From: a virus
Lineage: Duplodnaviria > Caudoviricetes
Reading direction: 5' to 3' (one strand)
Length of the DNA stretch: 29,882 bases
Virus record (IMG/VR): IMGVR_UViG_3300037484_000768
Location: 1 to 29,882 of that record
Program-made: the position numbers and the translations under genes
Notes under the pieces: generated by a model
Told to the model about the DNA's origin: nothing
The model's database searches: none
The model's input: the letters and a program-made list of their open reading frames with translations, nothing else
Shown here: positions 7,274-15,826 of the stretch, one piece after another
Numbering within the stretch: position 1 is the first letter of the stretch
Layout: each line of letters begins with the position of its first letter

Positions 7274-7501
7274 TTATTTAAGTTTTTCTTTTATTACCTC
7301 ACGCAAGTCAGTTACAGCTTCGGTCATTTTTGTTATGGCCAAAATCATCTCTCTTGAGTTATCTCTTAATTGCTGGTGAAGTTCTTTAACCTCATCTCCT
7401 TTTGCCTTTAGCTCTCCTTTGAAGTAGTAAATTGTCCAAATAAGCACTGCAACAACTGGTGAAAGTTGAACTAATTGTAGTAAAATATCTGCTGTTTCCA
7501 T
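7274..7501 (-). CDS. Putative holin (BhlA/UviB-like, one N-terminal TM plus coiled coil)
   Basis: LSPVVAVLIWTIYYF hydrophobic segment, 75 aa, upstream of the endolysin. Confidence 0.6.
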   Translation of the reverse strand: METADILLQLVQLSPVVAVLIWTIYYFKGELKAKGDEVKELHQQLRDNSREMILAITKMTEAVTDLREVIKEKLK

Positions 7502-7504
7502 TTT

Positions 7505-8071
7505 TTAATTATATAAGTCTTCTGTATTCCATTTTCCTCTATTGTACATACCAGGAACAAAAATTGTTGACCTGTAAGCTTCAGCTCTTGGAGCTTGCAT
7601 ATCAGGCGCAATCATATTTATCTCTGGATATTTATGTGAGTTAACTCTTGTCTCTCGTATAATAGCATCTTCAAGTGCCATTGCCTTTTTCATTATGTTT
7701 GTACGTACTTTATTTCTTTCTTCTTCTGAAACACTTTCTGAGTTTTCGCTTACCTGCTTAACCATTCCAATGTTTTTGAACTTGTAACTTCCAGTAAAAG
7801 TAAACTCGTATAAAAAATACTGCATCAAACAAGCAATAACAAAGTTATCCATCAGGAATTTATAATCTCCAGTTAGAGTATTTGAATTAATTTTTTCAAT
7901 TAATGTATAGTACAAGTTACCCCCAAGGATAGCTTTAATATGAACGTCCTCAGCATCTCTAAGAGTTGCTGTGATTATTGGTTCATCTATATTAGAATCA
8001 AGTGCCAACCAAGTTTTTGTGAACTCTGGTGTAGCAAATAGTGTTCTTGTGCTTCCGCTATTAGTTGCCAT
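7505..8071 (-). CDS. Putative head-tail adaptor / head completion protein
   Basis: Follows the portal; NIDEP...AEDVHIKAILGGNLY pattern typical of helical adaptors in Bacteroidota phages. Confidence 0.55.
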   Translation of the reverse strand: MATNSGSTRTLFATPEFTKTWLALDSNIDEPIITATLRDAEDVHIKAILGGNLYYTLIEKINSNTLTGDYKFLMDNFVIACLMQYFLYEFTFTGSYKFKNIGMVKQVSENSESVSEEERNKVRTNIMKKAMALEDAIIRETRVNSHKYPEINMIAPDMQAPRAEAYRSTIFVPGMYNRGKWNTEDLYN

Positions 8072-8082
8072 ATTTATTTTTT

Positions 8083-9405
8083 TTAATTAACGTTTGTTGG
8101 TTGAGGTAATACAGGAACTTCTGGAACAATAACTGGAATTGGGCCCAGGATTGCTCTTGAAATTTCATCATCATAACCAAATAATTGTTTCATCATTGCC
8201 ATTGCTGAATTGTAAGGTAATTTCTTTGATGCATATGCATCAGTTATCTTAAGAAGGTCATCAGTTGTAGCAAGTTTCGTTTCATCTACAGGTTCAAACA
8301 TTGTAAAGTCCTCAAGTTCCATTTCTGGTAACCCGTTTATTTTTGCTAATTTATTGAATGTGCGTTCGATAAGCTTTTGTACAGGTTTTATTTCTTTTGT
8401 TACAATCATTTCAACATTATCAATGATTTCATTCCTTCCAGAGCTTAATTTTCCAGCAACATCCAGACCCGCCACACTGGAAGTGAACCCGTGCATTCTA
8501 ATTGTAGCCTCCTCAATGTACTTCAAGATGTCGTTAAACTTCTTGTCATTATCATTTGCATTCAAAGTTGTAATGGTTGGTTCCTGACCTGCGTTTGCCC
8601 AAAGCATAAATGAATCACTGGCAGCTTTCTCACCTCTGAATTTAGCATTAACCATATCATATTCAGCCTGCATTTGTTCAGGAGTAGGGTTTGCACCAGT
8701 TCTGTTTGTAATGATAATATTTGGGAACATCCCGTTTTTAATATTAGCAAGAGCAAACGTTCCAATTGCTTCAGAAAGTCTTAACCAAGTAAGTCCTGGA
8801 GAATAATAAGGAAGTGTATAGTAGAACATACCAGGAGTTTTCTTTCTTACATATATAATTTGCTCTGGACACTCAAGATATTTTTCAGGGTCAAAAGCTG
8901 GAAAGTAATGATGTGAGCTTTTTTTGTTAGCCCAATCAGCATTCAAATAGAATCCTTTAATCTTTCCAGCATCTTCTACACAAGTAGGTTTTGCTATACG
9001 CATATTTTCGAAAGGAATTCTTTCTACATATCCAATCTTTTTTGCAGCTGTCCAAATAACTCTTAAAACAAAGTAATTTGACATTACATAATCCTTTGCT
9101 ATATCAAGAGCAATCTCATTTAAAGTTTCTTCGCAATCAACATTATCAATAAAGTCTTTTAAAGCATCAACCTCTTTAAAACCCTTGCTTGCAATCATAT
9201 CAGCTTTTAAATCAATCAATTTTTTATGTAAATAACTTGCTTGATTGTATAAAGTACAATATTCCTGTGGTGCCAGATTGTTTTTTCCAAATCTAACATA
9301 AGGGTCTTTTGCTGTTATTACCTCATTAGGTATTGCAACAGTCATCATACCAGCTTTTGAGAAGTGGGCAATGTGTAATTGTGGTGCTGTTTTATTATCT
9401 TCCAT
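8083..9405 (-). CDS. Portal protein
   Basis: 440 aa, with FGKNNLAPQ, IALD...YFVLRVIW, YYTLPYY, NGMFPN and EIKPVQKLIE portal-like motifs. Confidence 0.8.
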   Translation of the reverse strand: MEDNKTAPQLHIAHFSKAGMMTVAIPNEVITAKDPYVRFGKNNLAPQEYCTLYNQASYLHKKLIDLKADMIASKGFKEVDALKDFIDNVDCEETLNEIALDIAKDYVMSNYFVLRVIWTAAKKIGYVERIPFENMRIAKPTCVEDAGKIKGFYLNADWANKKSSHHYFPAFDPEKYLECPEQIIYVRKKTPGMFYYTLPYYSPGLTWLRLSEAIGTFALANIKNGMFPNIIITNRTGANPTPEQMQAEYDMVNAKFRGEKAASDSFMLWANAGQEPTITTLNANDNDKKFNDILKYIEEATIRMHGFTSSVAGLDVAGKLSSGRNEIIDNVEMIVTKEIKPVQKLIERTFNKLAKINGLPEMELEDFTMFEPVDETKLATTDDLLKITDAYASKKLPYNSAMAMMKQLFGYDDEISRAILGPIPVIVPEVPVLPQPTNVN

Positions 9406-9410
9406 ATTTA

Positions 9411-9836
9411 TTATGCATTAGGGTCGTAGTATGTGTACGAAATTGTACTTCCAGTATATTCTGAATCAATATGTGTCTCTGGAGTTTCTCCGAACACACT
9501 TACAATCCCTTGTTTTAAAATTGTTCCTGTTGTTCCTGTTATGCTGAGGTTTGATGCATCTTCCATTTCATACACTCTATAATCATATCTTCCTTTATGA
9601 AGGCTAATTGTACCTGCAGTTAAGTTTGTATAAGCAGAACCTGTTAAAGTGATGCTAAACTCATTGTGGTTAATTATGTTTGTAGATATATCTGGTGCTG
9701 TAAAATAAGAATCATCATTTGTTGTATGGTCTGTCAACTTGAATAGGAAATATACAGTGGTTGAGGTTAGAGTAACCGCTTCACTGATTGGCATTACCCA
9801 ACGATTTGTTTGACCATTTACAAGTTTAATATTCAT
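9411..9836 (-). CDS. Putative virion structural protein (beta-rich)
   Basis: In the morphogenesis operon; Thr/Ser/Gly-rich with a GRYDYRVYE motif. Confidence 0.55.
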   Translation of the reverse strand: MNIKLVNGQTNRWVMPISEAVTLTSTTVYFLFKLTDHTTNDDSYFTAPDISTNIINHNEFSITLTGSAYTNLTAGTISLHKGRYDYRVYEMEDASNLSITGTTGTILKQGIVSVFGETPETHIDSEYTGSTISYTYYDPNA

Positions 9837-9838
9837 TT

Positions 9839-10063
9839 TTACTCAGTCTTTTTCTTTTTTGTTTTCTTAACCTCAATTTCTTCTGGTTTTTCTTCTAAAC
9901 AAAAAGAACATTGTTTCATTTCAAATGCATCTGGAAAGAAGTCATTAAAAAATGTATATTGAGCTTCATCTATTCTACCAAGATGAACTCTTTTAGAAAG
10001 GAATTGTGATTCTCTAACTTCACCTTTTCCTTTTTTTAATACTAATTTGCAGGTACAACTCAT
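9839..10063 (-). CDS. Hypothetical small protein (Cys-containing, Lys-rich tail)
   Basis: 74 aa, directly downstream of the promoter motif at 10086-10111. Confidence 0.6.
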   Translation of the reverse strand: MSCTCKLVLKKGKGEVRESQFLSKRVHLGRIDEAQYTFFNDFFPDAFEMKQCSFCLEEKPEEIEVKKTKKKKTE

Positions 10064-10085
10064 ATTTTATTGTGTTTTTCTATGA

Positions 10086-10111
10086 ATAAATAGGTTTTTT
10101 TTTGTTTTGGC
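10086..10111 (-). promoter_or_regulatory. Putative phage promoter GCCAAA-N12-CTATTTAT
   Basis: Plus strand ATAAATAG at 10086-10093 and TTTGGC at 10106-10111. Confidence 0.7.
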
Positions 10112-10118
10112 TCAAAAT

Positions 10119-10146
10119 AAAAAATGCCCTCAAGTGAAGGCATTTT
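10119..10146 (-). terminator. Rho-independent terminator after the putative tail tube gene
   Basis: AAAATGCC...GGCATTTT inverted repeat followed by T-rich sequence on the minus strand. Confidence 0.7.
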
Positions 10147-10170
10147 ATAATAATTCAAAAACAAATTTAA

Positions 10171-10701
10171 TTATATGATTGTGAAAGTAGAGTATAGTGT
10201 TGAACTCAAATTGTATGCTGGTTGACTTTCAGTTGATTCGAAGGTTATAATTGAACCTGCAAATTCGTTAATTGTCTTACCAACTGTTGGAGCTGAAGCT
10301 GAAATATTTGCTCCATTCTCTGTACCTACTGTCCAAAGTTCACCGTTATTCAAAGTTGCGATTATCTCGACTTCGAACTGTGCCATTGTATAAGTAAAGT
10401 TTCTAAGTGAGTTCTGCCATTTCATCATATGCATAATCACTCTATTTGTAAATGCTGCTGGGGCAACTCCTGTAACATCGTGAACACCTTCGCCAGGTAT
10501 AAATTCACCCATTTGAAACTTTTGAGTTATTTCATAGAATGGGCTTCCAGAATCAGATGCAGTACATCCAGTCTGAATGTTATTTGAGTCTACGCTCCAA
10601 ACAGTTGCTCCAGACCACTTACGGATGTCAAATTTCTCGACACCAGTCTGGTAGTTTCTGCATATTGAAAGGTTATCATACCCTGTAGTTACGTTACACA
10701 T
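10171..10701 (-). CDS. Putative major tail (tube) protein
   Basis: 176 aa with MCNVTTG...C...GV N-terminus, NNGELWTVGTENG and ITFESTESQPA; lies after the capsid gene and is followed by a terminator. Confidence 0.6.
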   Translation of the reverse strand: MCNVTTGYDNLSICRNYQTGVEKFDIRKWSGATVWSVDSNNIQTGCTASDSGSPFYEITQKFQMGEFIPGEGVHDVTGVAPAAFTNRVIMHMMKWQNSLRNFTYTMAQFEVEIIATLNNGELWTVGTENGANISASAPTVGKTINEFAGSIITFESTESQPAYNLSSTLYSTFTII

Positions 10702-10726
10702 ATTGTTTATTTTTTTTAATGTTTAT

Positions 10727-11092
10727 TTATAGTGGAATAATTTGTCTAACTCTTTCTTTAATTAGTTTTGAAAATAACTCCATATTTGGTTTACCATTTT
10801 TATGGTCATTGTTTTCTTGGATAGAAACCCATTCAAGATTTTCAACACGATTATCACATCTTTTTTTATTTAGATGATTTACTTGAGGTTTATTTTCTTT
10901 GTTTTCTAAAAATGCACCAGCAACTAATCTATGTGTATTGAAAGTGGTTCCATTAAGATTAATCTTCATATATCCATCTCGATTTAAACTTTGTTTAAGT
11001 ATTTTTTCTTTACCAAACAAGCTTTTAATTCTACCAAGATTAGAAACATTATAAGATTCAAAACCTTTAATTATTTTCCAAACTTCTTCCAT
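10727..11092 (-). CDS. NUMOD4-HNH homing endonuclease
   Basis: EVWKIIKGFESYNVSNLGRIKS (NUMOD4) and HRLVA...VNHLNKKRCDNRVENLEW (HNH_3). Confidence 0.93.
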   Translation of the reverse strand: MEEVWKIIKGFESYNVSNLGRIKSLFGKEKILKQSLNRDGYMKINLNGTTFNTHRLVAGAFLENKENKPQVNHLNKKRCDNRVENLEWVSIQENNDHKNGKPNMELFSKLIKERVRQIIPL

Positions 11093-11100
11093 CTTTATTT

Positions 11101-11132
11101 AAAAATTGGAAGGTCTTTACACCTTCCAATTT
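11101..11132 (-). terminator. Terminator/attenuator after the major capsid gene
   Basis: 12-bp perfect stem AAATTGGAAGGT/ACCTTCCAATTT with a 6-nt loop. Confidence 0.75.
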
Positions 11133-11142
11133 AATTCTTTTA

Positions 11143-12132
11143 TTAAGCAATTTTTGCTACAAGCTCAGGCTGGCTAAATGCAACACCAAGTTTGCAATTA
11201 AACTCAAAGCAATAAGCTCTTAAGTAGTTAGAGTAGAAAATTTTGTATTCTAAGTCTGACTCATCAGAAATCGCAACCCAAACATTCTCTTTTGGAGTAA
11301 TTATTGATTTTGCAGTTGTACCGTGTAGACCATTAGTTCTAAATACTCTGAATCCAATTGAACCAGGGTGAAGGATAGATTTAATCTTATCAGTCTCAAG
11401 CAAGTTCATATTGTATTTGTACTCTTTAGTAACTCCAAGCAAATATGATTGGAATTCAGCTGGTGATAAATACAATCTACAGTCATTTATGATTGCAGGA
11501 ATGTTAGCAGTTGTAGCTGTTAAATAAGTATCAACTACAGTCACAGCATTTGCTGGAGTGATTGCAACACCAGTGATGTTATAAGTTGAAGCTGAAGCAG
11601 CGTATGCTTTTTGAAGAATTCCATCTATCAAAGTATTGTTGCCAGTTGTAGCAGCATAAGCTGGAGATGAAAGGGCTCCTTGCCAAATCATAATGTCAAC
11701 AACCTCACTTGTTTTTTCAAGCTTGCTCTCAACGAAAACTGATTCCATTTGACCAAGGTCTTCTGCGTTGTTGATAGAGTTCTTCATATAAAGGTCATAG
11801 AAGTAATCCTTCAATGTTCCTGGATAGATAGAATCTTGTACAGAGATTGCTGTCATTGTACCTGTTCCTTGTGCCATTGTAGTTGCACCTGATGCAACGA
11901 ATGCTCCTGGTCCACCTGGTACTGCATAGATGGTATTTTTTACCAAAGGAATGGTAAATGATGCACCTTTAATGCCATATTTTACTGAGATAAGGTCATC
12001 TTTCAGCGTGTTAGCTCCAAGAATAACTTCCTTACCTAAACCAAAACTGATTTCATCAGTGTAGGTTGATAAAGCTGACACGTTCAAGGAGAAATCCTCT
12101 GCTGACAGTTTTTGTTTCTTTTTGTTTTCCAT
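11143..12132 (-). CDS. Major capsid protein
   Basis: 329 aa, follows protease and scaffold, has MIWQG...IDGIL motifs and a downstream terminator. Confidence 0.75.
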   Translation of the reverse strand: MENKKKQKLSAEDFSLNVSALSTYTDEISFGLGKEVILGANTLKDDLISVKYGIKGASFTIPLVKNTIYAVPGGPGAFVASGATTMAQGTGTMTAISVQDSIYPGTLKDYFYDLYMKNSINNAEDLGQMESVFVESKLEKTSEVVDIMIWQGALSSPAYAATTGNNTLIDGILQKAYAASASTYNITGVAITPANAVTVVDTYLTATTANIPAIINDCRLYLSPAEFQSYLLGVTKEYKYNMNLLETDKIKSILHPGSIGFRVFRTNGLHGTTAKSIITPKENVWVAISDESDLEYKIFYSNYLRAYCFEFNCKLGVAFSQPELVAKIA

Positions 12133-12150
12133 TTTTTTATAATTTTATAA

Positions 12151-12756
12151 TTATTTATTTTCTTTTGATTCTCTCAATGCTTCAATTCTTTCAAGTCTTG
12201 TCATTTCGTTTAATCCTTTTTCTGCTGAGAAGTTTGCTATTACAGTAGGTTTTACCATTGGAGCATTCTCAAGTTTAGTTTTTTCTGCTTTTAAAGTTTC
12301 GTTTTCAGCTTTTAATTTGCTGAATTTTTCTACTTCTGCAGTTTTGTTTGTTTGAATTCCTTGAACAAGAAGTACAAGTGTATCTTCAATACCTTTAATT
12401 CTTTCTTCAAGTGATGCAGTCTTATCAACCGCTTTCATTGCTTCTTCAACAGCTTCTGCTTCTTTTACTTCTAAAATAACACCTGCTTCTCCAACAACAA
12501 TTACTCTACCATCTTCAAGTGTATAATCTTTCTTTTCTGCTGGGTTTCTTCCTGAATCATCAACAACATAAAGAATTGCATCCTTTACAAAGTCTTCATC
12601 AACACTTACAATGGTAACACCATCATCAAGTTTCATATCTTTAAATGTATATTCAACTTTTGCATCTGCAGGAGCTTCATTTGAAGCTGAAAACGCTTCA
12701 ACAATTAGTTTTATCATTTTGTCTTTAAATGATACTTTTTCTGTTTTATCTTCCAT
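12151..12756 (-). CDS. Putative scaffolding / head assembly protein
   Basis: Acidic, with LDDGVTIV and YTLEDGRVIVV repeats and a coiled-coil C-terminus; lies between protease and capsid. Confidence 0.6.
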   Translation of the reverse strand: MEDKTEKVSFKDKMIKLIVEAFSASNEAPADAKVEYTFKDMKLDDGVTIVSVDEDFVKDAILYVVDDSGRNPAEKKDYTLEDGRVIVVGEAGVILEVKEAEAVEEAMKAVDKTASLEERIKGIEDTLVLLVQGIQTNKTAEVEKFSKLKAENETLKAEKTKLENAPMVKPTVIANFSAEKGLNEMTRLERIEALRESKENK

Positions 12757-12827
12757 TGTTTATTTTTTTGGCTATTTATGATAATATCCTTAATTCTTAT
12801 ACTATATATTATTAATTTTTTTTTGGC

Positions 12828-13637
12828 TTAAATTTTATTTAAAATTCTTGAAATAAGTCTCTGCTTTGATTCTTTATTTAACCTATCAGTTGATAGAATA
12901 TCCTTCATAATTGAATATAAAAGCGAGTTTTTATTCTTAATGTTAACCCCAGAATCTATTGCCTGTTCTATTTCTTTGATGTCCTCTTCTTTTAATTCAG
13001 AATCTTCAACTCCTTGACTTATTTTAAGGTCATCCATTAAAAGTGCAGACATATTTTCATTTGTAGTCTGGTCAATTATTACAATTGACTTAACAGAAAA
13101 CCCTTTAAATTTGCTTTCTTTTAATTTTGCCCACATTTCTCTGTTTGTACACTTAAACATTACAAACCAAGTCTTAGGTTCAAGCTTTGATGTGTCATAA
13201 CCCATTGCGTTTGCTGTATCATTCTTTGGGTCCAGGATTCTCCAGTCGTGAAGCAAGAATATTTCATCTGTAATAGCAAATTCCTTGTGCTCAAATGCAG
13301 TTTCATTCATCTTTCCATACTGGTGATAAAGCATAACTGCATCATCAATATCTTCTTCTGTAAAATATCCTTCATAAACCTCTCCTGTAGCTTTATCTTT
13401 CCTTGGCAAACCAAGATTTGGAACCATTGCTGGACCAGCAAATATCATTTGGTCTTCATTTATTACAGAGAATTTCATTGTCTCAAGGTTTTCTACATCC
13501 TTATTTGAGAATAATTCAAAATCAAGTTCAGTTGCTGGTTCAGTAACAATGTCAATTCTATCTAAAGAACCAACAAGGTTTCCATCATTATCCCTAAACT
13601 TAAGTCTCTTTCTAATTTTTTTGTCTTTATTAAACAT
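12828..13637 (-). CDS. Prohead serine protease (XkdF-like)
   Basis: IVTEPATE, GPAMVPN, FEH, KTWFV and FKGFSV motifs. Confidence 0.8.
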   Translation of the reverse strand: MFNKDKKIRKRLKFRDNDGNLVGSLDRIDIVTEPATELDFELFSNKDVENLETMKFSVINEDQMIFAGPAMVPNLGLPRKDKATGEVYEGYFTEEDIDDAVMLYHQYGKMNETAFEHKEFAITDEIFLLHDWRILDPKNDTANAMGYDTSKLEPKTWFVMFKCTNREMWAKLKESKFKGFSVKSIVIIDQTTNENMSALLMDDLKISQGVEDSELKEEDIKEIEQAIDSGVNIKNKNSLLYSIMKDILSTDRLNKESKQRLISRILNKI

Positions 13638-13648
13638 ATTTCTTTATT

Positions 13649-15739
13649 TTAACCGCCAACACTAAGTGTTGCCATTGTTTGTATACCTCCAAGGTCACTT
13701 TGAACCGTTGTCATCTCAGCTGCAGAAATTGTATTCTGTATAATTATTGGCTGAGGTGATTGTCCATTTTGTGTTCCTTGACCAAATGGTGTCACATTTG
13801 ATTTATTATTTCCTACACCAAATAATTGCTGACTTGGTGATGCTGCTGTTATTGAACTTGATGTATCTCCTGCAGATACATTTCCTGAAGATGATGGAAC
13901 AGATGCTGATGCACCTCCTCCTCCGCCACTTGATTTATACTGTGATGCTGCAATTTTTGCTATATTCGCAGCTGTAGTTGCTGCTGTTACAACAAGGTTT
14001 GCAATACCCACAGGATTTGGAACCACTCCAATAACCAAAGGAGCTGCAGCAAGTGATGCTGTAATAGCTTTAAACCCATCAATGATTGCAGCTGATAAAG
14101 CAAGTGCTTTATTAATTTGAAATTGTCTCTTTGCTCTTTTTTCTCTTGCTTCTTCATCCTGTTTACCAAAACGATTAGTTAAAGTGAATACAGTTTCAGC
14201 TAAAGCACTTGCTGCATCTGAATAAGATTTTGCAATTCCTATTTTTCTTGCAGTTGCTTCTTGTTCTTTAAGAATTTCTTTTTCTTTCCAAGCATTAAAA
14301 TCTGCTATATCTTTTTCTCTTTTTGCTTTTATTCTTTGCTCTTCAATTAAATCATATTTAGCATTTATTTCTTCAAGTTTAGCAAGTTTTGCCTCTTCAA
14401 GAATTGCAACTTCATTTACATACTCAGGTCCAAGTGTTTTTGCACCTTCAATTAAAGCATAATAATAATCATAAACAGCATTTTCTTCTCTTTGTTGATT
14501 TGTTAATTTGCTGTCATAATATGCATTCTCAGCTGTCTCTATATCTTGAATTAATTTATTTCTTTCTGCTTGAAGTCTATGAATCCTTGAAAGTTCATCC
14601 TGATAAAGTTTTTCATTTATAGCATTTTGTTTATCAGCAGATGCTTGAGCATCATCTGCTCTTTTTTCTTGTTCGTCTTTCTTTATTTTTGTTACATTTG
14701 ACTCTGCAACCTGAACATCAAGTTGCATTTCATCAAGAATAGCAGTTGCTTGAGTAACCAAAGCTCCATAATCAAGTCCAATAGATTGTGCATAAGCATC
14801 TTTTGTCATACCAGCAAGCTCAGCTTTAACTCTAAATTCTTCTTGCTTTGTTAACAATATATTTCTTGTAGTTTCAATCTCATCTTTAAGAATTGCAGCA
14901 TTATTTTCTGCCAATTGCAACCTTAAAGCATATGAGGAACCACCTATATTTTCCTGGATTTCAATTCTCTTTTCAAGAACTCCATTTTCAGCTTCTTTTG
15001 ACTTCTTAAATTCAGCGTGTTCAAACTTTAATTCAGCAACCCTCTTTTTTGACTGTGCTGTTGCCTCTGCTGAAGCTTTTTCTCTTTCAGTTCTTAAGTC
15101 TTCTTCAGCCTCATTCATCTCCATAAAGATGGCAATGATAAGTCCAAGAGGTCCCAAAAGTGCAAGAACAATATTTTGCCATTCAGAGAAGAAATCAATT
15201 ACTGTATCAATATTTTTTATAAGAAAATAGATACCTGTTGCTAAGGCTGCAATCCCAAGCACGATGAGTCCAATGACGTTGGCGGACATAACAATGTTAA
15301 GTGCAGCAAACGCTTTTTGAGCAGAGGTTATAACAACAATAAACGCTTCTATTCCTCCCTTGAGGCCTGTGGCCACACCTTGGATTTGAACGAATTTTTT
15401 TACCATTGCATCTGATTCCTCACCAGAAGCTCCCATTGCTATGGCAATCCCTGCTACAGCGTCAACAACTCCTTTTGCGAACTTCTCAAAGTTGTCTCCA
15501 GCAGCCATAAACTTTTCAGTTGACTCTTTTGAACTTTGTGCAGCAGATTTTGATAGCTCTCCATACTTCTCTTTTAGCTCATCAACTTGTTTCTTTTGCT
15601 TATTAAAGGCATCAGAACCAATATCCATACCTTTAAGTTCGCTTTCAGTTGCTGCAATAGCTTTCTGTAACTCCTCAAAGTTTGTGATTGATTGTGTAAC
15701 ACCTTTAATCTCGAAATTTAAAACTACTTTTTCTGCCAT
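13649..15739 (-). CDS. Tape measure protein
   Basis: 696 aa, helical and Ala/Glu/Lys-rich, with an NVIGLIVLGIAAL hydrophobic segment and an AANIAKIAS C-terminal motif. Confidence 0.8.
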   Translation of the reverse strand: MAEKVVLNFEIKGVTQSITNFEELQKAIAATESELKGMDIGSDAFNKQKKQVDELKEKYGELSKSAAQSSKESTEKFMAAGDNFEKFAKGVVDAVAGIAIAMGASGEESDAMVKKFVQIQGVATGLKGGIEAFIVVITSAQKAFAALNIVMSANVIGLIVLGIAALATGIYFLIKNIDTVIDFFSEWQNIVLALLGPLGLIIAIFMEMNEAEEDLRTEREKASAEATAQSKKRVAELKFEHAEFKKSKEAENGVLEKRIEIQENIGGSSYALRLQLAENNAAILKDEIETTRNILLTKQEEFRVKAELAGMTKDAYAQSIGLDYGALVTQATAILDEMQLDVQVAESNVTKIKKDEQEKRADDAQASADKQNAINEKLYQDELSRIHRLQAERNKLIQDIETAENAYYDSKLTNQQREENAVYDYYYALIEGAKTLGPEYVNEVAILEEAKLAKLEEINAKYDLIEEQRIKAKREKDIADFNAWKEKEILKEQEATARKIGIAKSYSDAASALAETVFTLTNRFGKQDEEAREKRAKRQFQINKALALSAAIIDGFKAITASLAAAPLVIGVVPNPVGIANLVVTAATTAANIAKIAASQYKSSGGGGGASASVPSSSGNVSAGDTSSSITAASPSQQLFGVGNNKSNVTPFGQGTQNGQSPQPIIIQNTISAAEMTTVQSDLGGIQTMATLSVGG

Positions 15740-15760
15740 TGTCTATTAGATTATCTTTGG

Positions 15761-15786
15761 ATAAATATTGTTTTTTTTGATTTGGC
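15761..15786 (-). promoter_or_regulatory. Putative phage promoter GCCAAA-N12-ATATTTAT
   Basis: Plus strand ATAAATAT at 15761-15768 and TTTGGC at 15781-15786. Confidence 0.65.
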
Positions 15787-15826
15787 TTATAATCCAATTC
15801 GAGAGTACTTACCTCTCTCTAACCAG

